Below are positions 20,344-29,202 of a stretch of DNA of 64,000 nt, piece by piece. The position numbers were made by a program, and so were the translations under genes. The notes below the pieces were generated by a model. The model ran no database searches. It worked only from the letters and a program-made list of their open reading frames with translations, and was not told where the DNA came from. Each line of letters starts with the position of its first letter. The stretch's first letter is position 1. This stretch comes from Dehalococcoidia bacterium (GTDB lineage Bacteria; Chloroflexota; Dehalococcoidia; Lucifugimonadales; UBA3495): NCBI GenBank assembly GCA_003523055.1, contig DPHC01000002.1, forward strand, positions 392,933-456,932, written 5' to 3'.

Positions 20344-20709
20344 TCAATTTTTTATCTGCTCTAGCATGCCGATTCCTCTCTTTACAGTAGTCATTTCAGG
20401 ATTAGAGGATTCAAATTTCTTTGCTATCAAATAAGCAACATCTATTGGATTGAACGACGAACCACAGGTAAAAATATCTGCAGCTGCATAACAAAATTCT
20501 GGCCAAGTATGCACTGATATATGTGATTCGGCAATTGCTAATATACCAGTCACTCCTTGAGGTGAAAATTTATGAAAAGATTCTCCTACTATTGTGGCAC
20601 CTAAGTCAGTAGAAGCGTTGATAAGCGCTTCTTTCACATAATCTAAATCATTTAATAAAACCGGGTTACACTCCTTTAATTCTATTAAAACATGTATACC
20701 TAAATCCAC
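20344..20709 (-). CDS. speH: S-adenosylmethionine decarboxylase proenzyme (small, pyruvoyl type)
   Basis: 121 aa. Contains AESHISVHTWPE, the self-cleavage (E-S) site motif. Confidence 0.9.
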   Translation of the reverse strand: MDLGIHVLIELKECNPVLLNDLDYVKEALINASTDLGATIVGESFHKFSPQGVTGILAIAESHISVHTWPEFCYAAADIFTCGSSFNPIDVAYLIAKKFESSNPEMTTVKRGIGMLEQIKN

Positions 20710-20867
20710 TAATATATCTCCAATTTTAATACCTTCAGATCATATTTTAACTGTCGGCAAGAGGTAAATTGTATATTGATATCATATAGCAATCAATAGG
20801 TGTTCAATTTAAGACAACCCAGACTTGATTCATAATATAATATGTTTATCATGAAAATGAGGGTTCG

Positions 20868-21566
20868 ATGGCAAAATATTTCGATTTGCACATACATACT
20901 ACAAAAGGTAGCAGTGACAGTAATTTAACTCCAGAAGATTTAATTCTGGAAGCTTCCAGAATTGGATTAAAAGGACTCTGTATAACGGAGCACAGCGGCC
21001 CGTGGGACAGACATGAGTTCAATAAATTTGCAGAATTGCATAATGTCGTACTTATTAGAGGCATGGAAGTTGATACAAACTACGGTCATATGCTGGCGTT
21101 TGGACTAGACAAATATGAATCTGGATTTAACAACGCTGCAACCCTTAGTAAGGCAGTGAATGCGCAAGGAGGCTTCCTCATAACAGCACACCCATTCAGA
21201 GGCATATTTAGCCCTCCTAGTCGAGGACGACCGTTTCTATATAGATCTACAACAGATGTGATACCAACCGATCCTAAAGAAGCTTCTCTCCACGAAGTAT
21301 TTAAATTAGTAAATGCAGTAGAAGCAGGAAATGGCGGCACAGCTGATGATGAAAATGAATTCGCTTTAAAGGTTTCATCTTTACTGAATCTCCCTTCTTC
21401 TGGTGGCAGCGATGCACATTCAACTCATGGCATAGGTAATTTTGTTACGGAGTTTGAAACTGAAATTTTAAATGAAGAACAATTTTTAAAGGCTTTAAAA
21501 ACAGGCTCCTTCAGGCCAGTGTCTGGTCTAAGAACAGGAAATCCTAAACCTTTTAATCAATGTTGA
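20868..21566 (+). CDS. PHP-domain metal-dependent phosphoesterase
   Basis: 232 aa. N-terminal FDLHIHTTKGSSDS, later ITEHS and GGSDAHS histidine motifs of the PHP fold. Confidence 0.8.
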   Translation: MAKYFDLHIHTTKGSSDSNLTPEDLILEASRIGLKGLCITEHSGPWDRHEFNKFAELHNVVLIRGMEVDTNYGHMLAFGLDKYESGFNNAATLSKAVNAQGGFLITAHPFRGIFSPPSRGRPFLYRSTTDVIPTDPKEASLHEVFKLVNAVEAGNGGTADDENEFALKVSSLLNLPSSGGSDAHSTHGIGNFVTEFETEILNEEQFLKALKTGSFRPVSGLRTGNPKPFNQC

Positions 21567-21580
21567 CTTGAAGGAATACA

Positions 21581-24355
21581 ATGAACCAAATTAATAGAAT
21601 CGGCAACACATATATCTCGTTAGACTTGGAAACCACCGGTCTTAATGCAAATAGTGAAAGTATCATAGAAATAGGTGCGGTAAAATTCATTGAAGACTCT
21701 ATCATCGATGAATACCAAACATTTATAAATCCCCATAGACCCATACCTAATTTCATACAACACCTGACTGGTATAACTGACTCTGATGTGCAATTCGCTC
21801 CTACAATGCCTCAGATTTTGCCGGAGCTAAGAGATTTCTTGGGCGACTCCCCAATCATTGGCCAAAATATACAGTTTGATCTGAAATTTCTAGACAACAA
21901 CAATTTAAACATTAGCCCAATCAGTTACGACACATGGGATCTTGCATCAATATTTTTTCCTAAACTACCCGAATATTCGCTATCTTACTTAGGCCAATAT
22001 TTTGAAATAGCCAATCAATCCCCGCATAGAGCATTAGAGGATGCCAAAGCAACTCACCAAGTATTTATCAAACTTATAAACCACATAAGGCACTGCGATC
22101 ACAAATCTTTAGAATATATAATTACCCTCTGTTATAAAACTAATTGGGATTTAGGAAAATTGCTACAACACTGTTTAGAATCTTCAACAAATATTGTTCA
22201 GCCGAACGTAAATGTACGGAAAAATACTACAACCACACATCAAAATGGCCTAAATTCAGATATTGAAGAAGTAGATTATCTGACAATCATGGAACAATTT
22301 TCAAACCCGGACTCTTTTAAAAAATATTGGCCGGGAGAATTCGAATATCGCCCTGAACAAATGATAATGCTAGAAAAAGTTTTCAACGCTATAAATTCAA
22401 AAGAACACCTTATCATCGAAGCTGGTACTGGAGTTGGTAAGTCTATGGCATACTTATTGCCTTCAATAATACACGCAATTAATAACAAAAAAAGAGTCGT
22501 TATTTCTACTAATACTATTAATTTACAAGAACAATTAGTAAATAAAGACCTGCCTGAGTTAATTAACATGCTGGAAACCATGTCTATAATTCCTGAAAAC
22601 AGCATCAAATTCTCTTTGCTGAAGGGTAAAAACAACTACCTATGCATGAAAAGATTCGAGTACATGAGCGATAACCAAACATTAACAAGAGATGAAGCTC
22701 GTATGTTAAGTAAAATATCTTTATGGATGCAAAACAGTGACTCAGGTGACCGTTCAGAAATAAATTTATCTAACAGAGATCAAATAAACTGGTCTAAAAT
22801 GTCTGCAGGAGAAAAAACATGGTGTCCGAATTTAAAGAATGACGAGTTTTGTTTTTTAGGTTCAGCTAGAGAAAAAGCTGAAGCATCAGATATTCTAGTA
22901 GTCAACCATGCTTTGCTATTATCTGACTTAAGGATGGGGGGAACTTTAATCCCGCAATATGAAACTCTAATTATTGATGAAGCTCATAATCTTGAAGATG
23001 AAGCCACTCGCCAATTTCAATTTGAAGTTTCAGGAAATCAATTGAATCCGATAGTAGATAACCAGTTAAAAATAGCTGACTTGGTCAAAACTGCTTCAAG
23101 CAACCTTACAATAAATAAACTGGTCAGAGATCCTATTTTAGAAAGAATAAACGAATTAGAAAGATCTGTTGACACTCTAACCTCTACATGGGTTATTTTA
23201 TGGGGATTACTTAATGCTGAATTTATATCCGTCAGCAATTCTGGTGATAATTATCAGACTATATTACAAGGCAATGTAAGAGTGACTCCATCATGGTTTA
23301 ATATTTTAGAAACATGGGATAATTTTCAAGCAATAACACAGACAAACATAGCGGCCCTCAGAGGATTATGTAATTTGATAGACAGTTTAGACGTTAGTCT
23401 TCCTAACAAATCACACTTAGTAATAGAGTTAAACCATGAAATTGAAAACATTGAAAATCTCAACATTAAACTCACTGATATTTTAAAAGATCCTGACGAA
23501 AACTCTGTTCAATGGGTTTCAACAGATCGAAATAAAACAGAAGTGCAATTACATTCTGCCCCTATAGACGTTGGAGATTTCTTGTCGCAATCATTGTTTG
23601 AAGAAAAAGATAGCGTCATCTGCACGAGTGCAACTTTAACTACTTACGGTTCGTTTAACCACATCAAAGCACGCCTTGGAATTCCTGACAATTGTAGTGA
23701 AGATCAATTAGGTTCACCCTATGATTATAACAATAGCGGGCTATTACTATTGCCAGAGGATATGCCAGCTCCTTCGCATGAAGCGTATATTACCGAAATA
23801 GCGCGAACAATAATATCTCTTTCAGAAAAAACGAATGGCAGGACAGTTGTGCTATTTACCTCCTACTCCGCTCTTCGCAGCGTAGCGTCTCTAATACGAG
23901 ATGAATTGAGAGATAAGGGGATACCTGTTCTAGCGCAAGGGCTAGATGGAAGCCCTCAGCAGTTAATTCGAAGATTTAATCAGAACCCAAATGGCGTGAT
24001 ACTTGGAACCAATAGTTTTTGGGAAGGTGTTGATTTCGCCAGAGAAACTTTGAAATTATTAATAATAACAAGGCTTCCTTTTCAAGTACCAACTGACCCA
24101 ATAGTTCAAGCACGTTCAAGCTTGTATGAAAATTCGTTTCAAGAATATTCTGTTCCACAAGCAATATTGAAATTCCGCCAAGGCATTGGACGATTAATAA
24201 GAAGTACCGAAGACAGAGGTGCTGTAGTTATATTAGATAATAGAATAGTCGCGCGATCCTACGGTAAGACATTTGTAAGTTCACTGCCAGACTTCAATAC
24301 ACAGATTTGTGAACTCCAAAGTACGCCAAAATTGGTCGCAGAATGGCTATCATAA
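21581..24355 (+). CDS. dinG: DinG-family ATP-dependent helicase with an N-terminal DnaQ-like 3'-5' exonuclease domain
   Basis: 924 aa. Exo motif I YISLDLETTGL and exo motif III HRALEDA. Helicase Walker A AGTGVGKS and DEAH box IIDEAHNL. Confidence 0.88.
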   Translation: MNQINRIGNTYISLDLETTGLNANSESIIEIGAVKFIEDSIIDEYQTFINPHRPIPNFIQHLTGITDSDVQFAPTMPQILPELRDFLGDSPIIGQNIQFDLKFLDNNNLNISPISYDTWDLASIFFPKLPEYSLSYLGQYFEIANQSPHRALEDAKATHQVFIKLINHIRHCDHKSLEYIITLCYKTNWDLGKLLQHCLESSTNIVQPNVNVRKNTTTTHQNGLNSDIEEVDYLTIMEQFSNPDSFKKYWPGEFEYRPEQMIMLEKVFNAINSKEHLIIEAGTGVGKSMAYLLPSIIHAINNKKRVVISTNTINLQEQLVNKDLPELINMLETMSIIPENSIKFSLLKGKNNYLCMKRFEYMSDNQTLTRDEARMLSKISLWMQNSDSGDRSEINLSNRDQINWSKMSAGEKTWCPNLKNDEFCFLGSAREKAEASDILVVNHALLLSDLRMGGTLIPQYETLIIDEAHNLEDEATRQFQFEVSGNQLNPIVDNQLKIADLVKTASSNLTINKLVRDPILERINELERSVDTLTSTWVILWGLLNAEFISVSNSGDNYQTILQGNVRVTPSWFNILETWDNFQAITQTNIAALRGLCNLIDSLDVSLPNKSHLVIELNHEIENIENLNIKLTDILKDPDENSVQWVSTDRNKTEVQLHSAPIDVGDFLSQSLFEEKDSVICTSATLTTYGSFNHIKARLGIPDNCSEDQLGSPYDYNNSGLLLLPEDMPAPSHEAYITEIARTIISLSEKTNGRTVVLFTSYSALRSVASLIRDELRDKGIPVLAQGLDGSPQQLIRRFNQNPNGVILGTNSFWEGVDFARETLKLLIITRLPFQVPTDPIVQARSSLYENSFQEYSVPQAILKFRQGIGRLIRSTEDRGAVVILDNRIVARSYGKTFVSSLPDFNTQICELQSTPKLVAEWLS

Positions 24356-24358
24356 TAC

Positions 24359-25213
24359 ATGTTAATAAATCTTGAAGAACCTCTGAATTTAAAAGAAACT
24401 CTAGAAAGCGGACAAGCACACAGATGGTACAAAAAAGGTAACACATATTCTGGCGTTATAGAGAACCAACTTGTCCATATCCAGCAAGATAACAACCAAT
24501 TATCAATATTTTCATCAAGTGACTGCGATCTGAAATCCTTAGTATTTAACTACCTTCGTATGGACGATAATTTACTTTCCATATATTCAGAAATTTCAAA
24601 AGACCTTCGTGTCAAGAAAATGACAGAACAATATTACGGTCTTCGATTAATAAGACAAGATCCATGGGAATGTTTAGTAACTTACATTTGTTCAGCCACT
24701 TCAAATTTAAAACGAATCTCTCAAGTTGTAGAAAACATGTCAAATTATTATGGTTCAAGAGTAGCGTTAAATGGAGATTCTAGGAACACATTTCCTTCAG
24801 CAATCCAAATTGCCAACGGGAGTGAAGAAATTCTACGAGAACTAGGCCTCGGATTTAGAGCGCCTTATGTTTACCAATGCGCTCTTAAAATAGCAGAAGG
24901 TTTACTATCATTAGCTCCGCTTATAAAAGAGGAATATTTCACGGCTAAGGATACTTTAATGCAATTAAATGGAGTTGGCCCGAAAATAGCTGATTGCGTT
25001 TTAGTATTTTCTCTAGAAAAACTACAAGCATTCCCTATTGACGTTTGGGTTAAAAGAGCTTTACTTGATTGGTATTTCCCGGATGCCCAAAATTTAAGCA
25101 ACAAGTATTTGCTTGATTGGTCCATGAACCACTTTGGAGAATACGCTGGATATTCTCAACAATATTTGTTCCATGGCAGGCGTCTATTAAGTAAAACTAC
25201 GGATTTAGTATAA
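24359..25213 (+). CDS. ogg: 8-oxoguanine DNA glycosylase/AP lyase (OGG1-type, HhH-GPD)
   Basis: 284 aa. HhH-GPD element LNGVGPKIADCVLVFSL followed by PIDVWV. Starts 3 nt after dinG. Confidence 0.8.
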   Translation: MLINLEEPLNLKETLESGQAHRWYKKGNTYSGVIENQLVHIQQDNNQLSIFSSSDCDLKSLVFNYLRMDDNLLSIYSEISKDLRVKKMTEQYYGLRLIRQDPWECLVTYICSATSNLKRISQVVENMSNYYGSRVALNGDSRNTFPSAIQIANGSEEILRELGLGFRAPYVYQCALKIAEGLLSLAPLIKEEYFTAKDTLMQLNGVGPKIADCVLVFSLEKLQAFPIDVWVKRALLDWYFPDAQNLSNKYLLDWSMNHFGEYAGYSQQYLFHGRRLLSKTTDLV

Positions 25214-26237
25214 TTTTCCCAAAGAAATTAGTGCTTTCCATAAGTTCATGGGCCTTAGCAACCTCAGACAGTGGGAAGGATTTATAGACATGCGGCTTAA
25301 TATTCCCTCTATTAAGAGCATATACAATTTCTACCATGTCCTTTTTACTTCCCATAAAGGCTCCAAATACTTGAATTTGCTTAGAAAACAAAAGGCCTAG
25401 ATGTAGTTCAGCTCTTAATCCTGTGGTAGCTCCGCAAATTCCATAACGCCCCCCAGGTTTTAATGATGCAAATGCATCTTTGAAAAAATCTGCACCTACG
25501 TGATCTAATACAAAATCAACGCCTGATCCAGATGTCATTTCTTTAATTGAATCTCGAACGCCAGATTCATTGTAGTTAATAACATGATCAGCACCTATTT
25601 TTCTAGCCATTTCAGCTTTTTCTGTGGTGCTAGTAGTTGTTATTACATTGGCTCCGATTACATTTTTTGCAATTTGTATCGCTGCTGTTCCAACTCCAGC
25701 TGATGCAGATAGAACTAATATTGTTTCCCAAGATTTTAATTGCCCTCTTCTAACCAATATGTTCCAACACGGAAGAAAAGTTGTTGGTACAGCAGCTGCC
25801 ATATCATAAGACACTTCATCCGCAATCAAGTGTACATTAGTATTGTCGACAGTAACGTATTCAGCATAGCTGCCATTGCATGCAGTTCCCAAAAATTTGG
25901 GCCTAACACACAAATCGTCTCTTCCGGAACGGCAGTTATCGCATTGAGAACAACTAAGTTTAGGATTAACTACAACTCTATCACCTATCTTTAAATCCTG
26001 TACTCCTTGGCCTATTTCTACTATATCACCAGAACAATCCCCTCCTAGTATTAAATCTGGAGGAAAGTCTCTACTCAATCCTCTATCGCCTTCTCTAGTA
26101 TAGAGATCTAATCTGTTAAGGCAGGCTGATTTGATTTTAATTTTTACTTGGCCATCATTAACTACAGGTTCGATGACCTCGCCGTAGTTCAATGCATCTA
26201 TTCCTCCATGTTTACTTATATATACAGCTTTCATCAT
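25197..26237 (-). CDS. Zinc-type alcohol dehydrogenase / MDR-family oxidoreductase
   Basis: 346 aa. Contains GGDCSGDIVEIG, structural-zinc CSQCDNCRSGRDDLC and a nucleotide-binding ASAGVG region. Its 3' end overlaps the convergent ogg by 17 nt. Confidence 0.85.
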   Translation of the reverse strand: MMKAVYISKHGGIDALNYGEVIEPVVNDGQVKIKIKSACLNRLDLYTREGDRGLSRDFPPDLILGGDCSGDIVEIGQGVQDLKIGDRVVVNPKLSCSQCDNCRSGRDDLCVRPKFLGTACNGSYAEYVTVDNTNVHLIADEVSYDMAAAVPTTFLPCWNILVRRGQLKSWETILVLSASAGVGTAAIQIAKNVIGANVITTTSTTEKAEMARKIGADHVINYNESGVRDSIKEMTSGSGVDFVLDHVGADFFKDAFASLKPGGRYGICGATTGLRAELHLGLLFSKQIQVFGAFMGSKKDMVEIVYALNRGNIKPHVYKSFPLSEVAKAHELMESTNFFGKIILNP

Positions 26238-26248
26238 TCACCTAAATT

Positions 26249-26443
26249 TCAATTTTTGGCATCACTTATGCAGTCATTACACAGAAATACTATTGCTAGC
26301 GCATCATCATGGCTCGCAAGCCCTCCACACGCTTTATATTCTTCTCCGGCAGTCCAATAATAATGAAACGAACATCCACACCTTTGACAGCTAGTTTCAT
26401 TAACACCATCCAGACCTATGTCACACATAGCACATAAATCCAT
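26249..26443 (-). CDS. Small cysteine-rich hypothetical protein (zinc-ribbon-like)
   Basis: 64 aa with CAMC, CQRCGC and CNDC pairs. Ends 11 nt upstream of the MDR dehydrogenase start on the same strand. Confidence 0.4.
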   Translation of the reverse strand: MDLCAMCDIGLDGVNETSCQRCGCSFHYYWTAGEEYKACGGLASHDDALAIVFLCNDCISDAKN

Positions 26444-26467
26444 TTTAATCAGGCAGCTCCTTTAATA

Positions 26468-27694
26468 TTATTCGTTCATATATTGAACTACCAAATCTAT
26501 TTCATCTTGTTTGGTTAACACTGAACATGATAATTTACTTTCAGTCAATAATTCCAAAAAGAAAGATATATGGTTTTTGGGAACTCCCAAGTTGATCAAA
26601 TCGCTGGGCATTAAATCCAATACGGTGTTATCAGTATACAACAGGTATTTATCTAAATTATCAGAAAGTGCCTGATTATTACATGTATTACGATATATAA
26701 CAATGGATTCCCTCGAAATGTTTTTCAATATTCTATATATAGGCACTATAGTTTTACAATGTACGTTGCTCACTAAAAGATTAGGCTTAGCTCGTTCTAA
26801 TTCAATAACCTCATTCAATGTATTTAGGAGAGATTTATCGAACTTAAACAAGCTCGTGAAACTCTGATAATCGGACATATCAAACACCAATAAAAATGAA
26901 GCCCATGCAGTATGCAAATCATTCAGGTTCAAATTTAGTTCACGTGGTTTCAAACTGGATTTTAATCCTAATACTCTGTATTCTAAAAGCATATTAATAC
27001 ACTTTTCTATATTGATTTCAGTGAATATTAAATTCAATTCATGTGTTAACCGATCTTTACTAATGGTATTAATCACGTTGTTTGAAATAGCTTCTTCTAA
27101 AAATAATAACGTCGAATCTTCTATTCCAAAATCAAATCTAGCTGCATATTTTATTAATCTGAAAATCCTTGTTGGGTCATCAATGAAGCTTTTGCTATGC
27201 AAAACCCTGATGGATTCACTATATATGTCATCAATTCCTCCTGTTGGGTCAATTATTTGATGTGGACTGTTCAATGGTATAGCTAACGCATTGATGGAAA
27301 AATCTCTTCGTTTTAAATCTTCGTCAATGTTACTTAAGGTAATAGATGGTAATGAACCGGGTTTAGGATACGTTTCTGATCTAGCTGAAACAAGATCAAT
27401 TTCAAGGTTATTCAGAAATAATGTAGCTGTTAAAAATCGTTCATGATACTTAGCCGGAATACCTAACGTGTCATTAATAGTTTTCGCCAATGTTATAGCG
27501 TTTCCATTCACAGAGATGTCAAGGTCTTTAATATTTTTTCCTAATATCAAATCCCTAACTGTGCCACCTACGATGAATAGTTCATAACCCAATATTTGAG
27601 AAGAATTAGCAATTTCTTGCAGAATATTACCAATATTAGAACCCCACATATCACTTACTAATGATATTGGATTATATATATGATTATTTTCCAT
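26468..27694 (-). CDS. Class II tRNA nucleotidyltransferase / poly(A) polymerase family protein (CCA-, CC- or A-adding), no HD domain
   Basis: 408 aa. Head-domain motifs GGTVRDLILGKNIKDLD and RRDFSINALA. Confidence 0.75.
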   Translation of the reverse strand: MENNHIYNPISLVSDMWGSNIGNILQEIANSSQILGYELFIVGGTVRDLILGKNIKDLDISVNGNAITLAKTINDTLGIPAKYHERFLTATLFLNNLEIDLVSARSETYPKPGSLPSITLSNIDEDLKRRDFSINALAIPLNSPHQIIDPTGGIDDIYSESIRVLHSKSFIDDPTRIFRLIKYAARFDFGIEDSTLLFLEEAISNNVINTISKDRLTHELNLIFTEINIEKCINMLLEYRVLGLKSSLKPRELNLNLNDLHTAWASFLLVFDMSDYQSFTSLFKFDKSLLNTLNEVIELERAKPNLLVSNVHCKTIVPIYRILKNISRESIVIYRNTCNNQALSDNLDKYLLYTDNTVLDLMPSDLINLGVPKNHISFFLELLTESKLSCSVLTKQDEIDLVVQYMNE

Positions 27695-27758
27695 ATTATT
27701 ACTTTCCCGATAATCTGAATGTTAATACAGATTCTATTTTAACTTTGACAACAATTCT

Positions 27759-27788
27759 TTGACAATGAATTTACATAGCATATAGAAT
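27759..27788 (+). promoter_or_regulatory. Candidate sigma70-type promoter for the DsbA-like gene
   Basis: TTGACA (27759..27764), an 18-nt spacer, then TAGAAT (27783..27788), about 30 nt upstream of the ATG at 27821. Pattern match only. Confidence 0.35.
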
Positions 27789-27820
27789 CATAATTGACTT
27801 GTTTTCTAAATGGAGGGCAA

Positions 27821-28459
27821 ATGAATAAAAACCAAAAGAATTATAATTTCTCCATATATTTCGATTTTCGTTGACCGTTTGTATATAACGTAGCTGTATG
27901 GCTTACGCAAGTTAAAAATACTTTAGATGCGGAAATAAATATTGACTGGAAACCTTTTTCTTTGGCTCAAGCCAATAACCCCGACAACTTTAAATATTGG
28001 GAACACCCCGATGTATTAGCAGGATCAGATAAAACATTATTAGCGCATCAAGCAGGATTAGCGATAAAAAAGCAAGGCAATCAGATATTCGACTCATTTT
28101 TGATGATTTTATTGAAAAAGAGGCATGAAAGCAAACAAGATTTAACTGATGTTGCGGTAATAGAGTCAGCAGTAATCGAGTCTGGGGCTGACTTCACTAA
28201 ATACAAAGAAGAGGTATCCAATCCAGATCTACTAAAAGAAATTGGCATCAGCCATGAATTTGCTACAGAAGAATTAGGAGCATTTGGAGTTCCAACTTTT
28301 TATTTCGAATCTGGACAATCCACATTCTTAAAAATGTTTGTACCACCTGAAGATGAAAGTGCTACTATGTTCAAATCGCTGATAGAAGTCATGGGATCTT
28401 TCAACTATGTTGGTGAAATGAAACGTCCTCAACCACCATGGCCTCTAGGCATCATATAA
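27821..28459 (+). CDS. DsbA-like thioredoxin-fold protein with an in-frame TGA (27872..27874) at the active-site Cys position; candidate selenoprotein (212 aa if TGA = Sec)
   Basis: The ORF track gives only 27962..28459 (TTG start), which lacks the N-terminal strand and active site. The same frame upstream reads ATG(27821) NKNQKNYNFSIYFDFR-TGA-PFVYNVAVWLTQVKNTLDAEINIDWKPFSLAQANNP. GGAGGG lies 3 nt before the ATG. FDFx[C]Pxx[YW] is the DsbA-like active-site pattern, and the cis-Pro loop GVPTFYF is present downstream. Confidence 0.6.
27889..27907 (+). promoter_or_regulatory. Candidate SECIS-like hairpin downstream of the DsbA-like TGA
   Basis: CGUAGC-UGUAUG-GCU(U)ACG: a 6-bp stem with one bulged U. 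The apical loop starts about 20 nt after the UGA and has G at loop position 2. Short and unvalidated. Confidence 0.3.
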
Positions 28460-28472
28460 AGTTGAGCTAACA

Positions 28473-29195
28473 GTGAATACAGAAGAAATCACCAAATTAC
28501 AAAGCCTGCTGAAAGTAGAGTTCACAAACGCTGGTATTTTAGTGCAGGCACTAACTCATAGGTCTTATTTGAATGAACAACCTAATAAAGATTTGCCTTC
28601 ATATGAACGACTGGAATTTCTCGGAGATTCATTATTGAGTGAAATAATATCTAAGGAATTATATAAGAAGTATCCAAATTATTTAGAGGGTGCCCTGACT
28701 AAAATAAGATCCAGTTTAGTTTCAGGGGATTCACTTGCAAAAATAGGTGCAAAGCTGGGGTTAGATAAATACATAATAACTGGTAAGGGAGAATATCTGT
28801 CAGAAGGACCTCAGAAAAAATCGATTCTTGCTGCTGTGTTTGAATCTATTACTGCAGCCATATATTTAGATCAAGGCTATATACCAATGCGTGATTTCGT
28901 TCTGAGACATTTAAGGCAACCACTAGGCCAATTCACATTGGGTAATAACCAGATATCTGATCCTAAGTCTCAATTACAAGAATTATCACAGAAACTCTAC
29001 AACGATTTGCCTCAGTACAAAGTTTTAGGGCGTGAAGGACCTGATCACAAACCGATATTCAAAGTTTCTGTTGCTATCGGTAATCGTTCATTAGCAATAG
29101 AAGTTGGGAATTCCAAATCTGAAGCAGAAACTAAAGTAGCACAAGTAGCTTTAGATATCTTATTATCAACAAATAGTAACAGTGTAAAATTATAA
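28473..29195 (+). CDS. rnc: Ribonuclease III
   Basis: 240 aa with a GTG start. Signature ERLEFLGDSLL and a C-terminal dsRBD (PIFKVSVAIG...SKSEAE). Confidence 0.92.
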   Translation: MNTEEITKLQSLLKVEFTNAGILVQALTHRSYLNEQPNKDLPSYERLEFLGDSLLSEIISKELYKKYPNYLEGALTKIRSSLVSGDSLAKIGAKLGLDKYIITGKGEYLSEGPQKKSILAAVFESITAAIYLDQGYIPMRDFVLRHLRQPLGQFTLGNNQISDPKSQLQELSQKLYNDLPQYKVLGREGPDHKPIFKVSVAIGNRSLAIEVGNSKSEAETKVAQVALDILLSTNSNSVKL

Positions 29196-29202
29196 ATCAA
29201 AT

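Noticed and set aside
25197-25213. 17-nt overlap of the convergent 3' ends of ogg and the MDR dehydrogenase
   Set aside because: Convergent terminal overlaps are common in compact genomes, and no hairpin or other element is visible. It is noted only as a sign of tight packing.
28154-28183. Imperfect 15-nt in-frame tandem duplication (GCGGTAATAGAGTCA / GCAGTAATCGAGTCT) encoding AVIES-AVIES inside the DsbA-like gene
   Set aside because: It is a single two-copy micro-duplication in a predicted loop region, with 12 of 15 nt identical. It probably arose by replication slippage and has no evident function.
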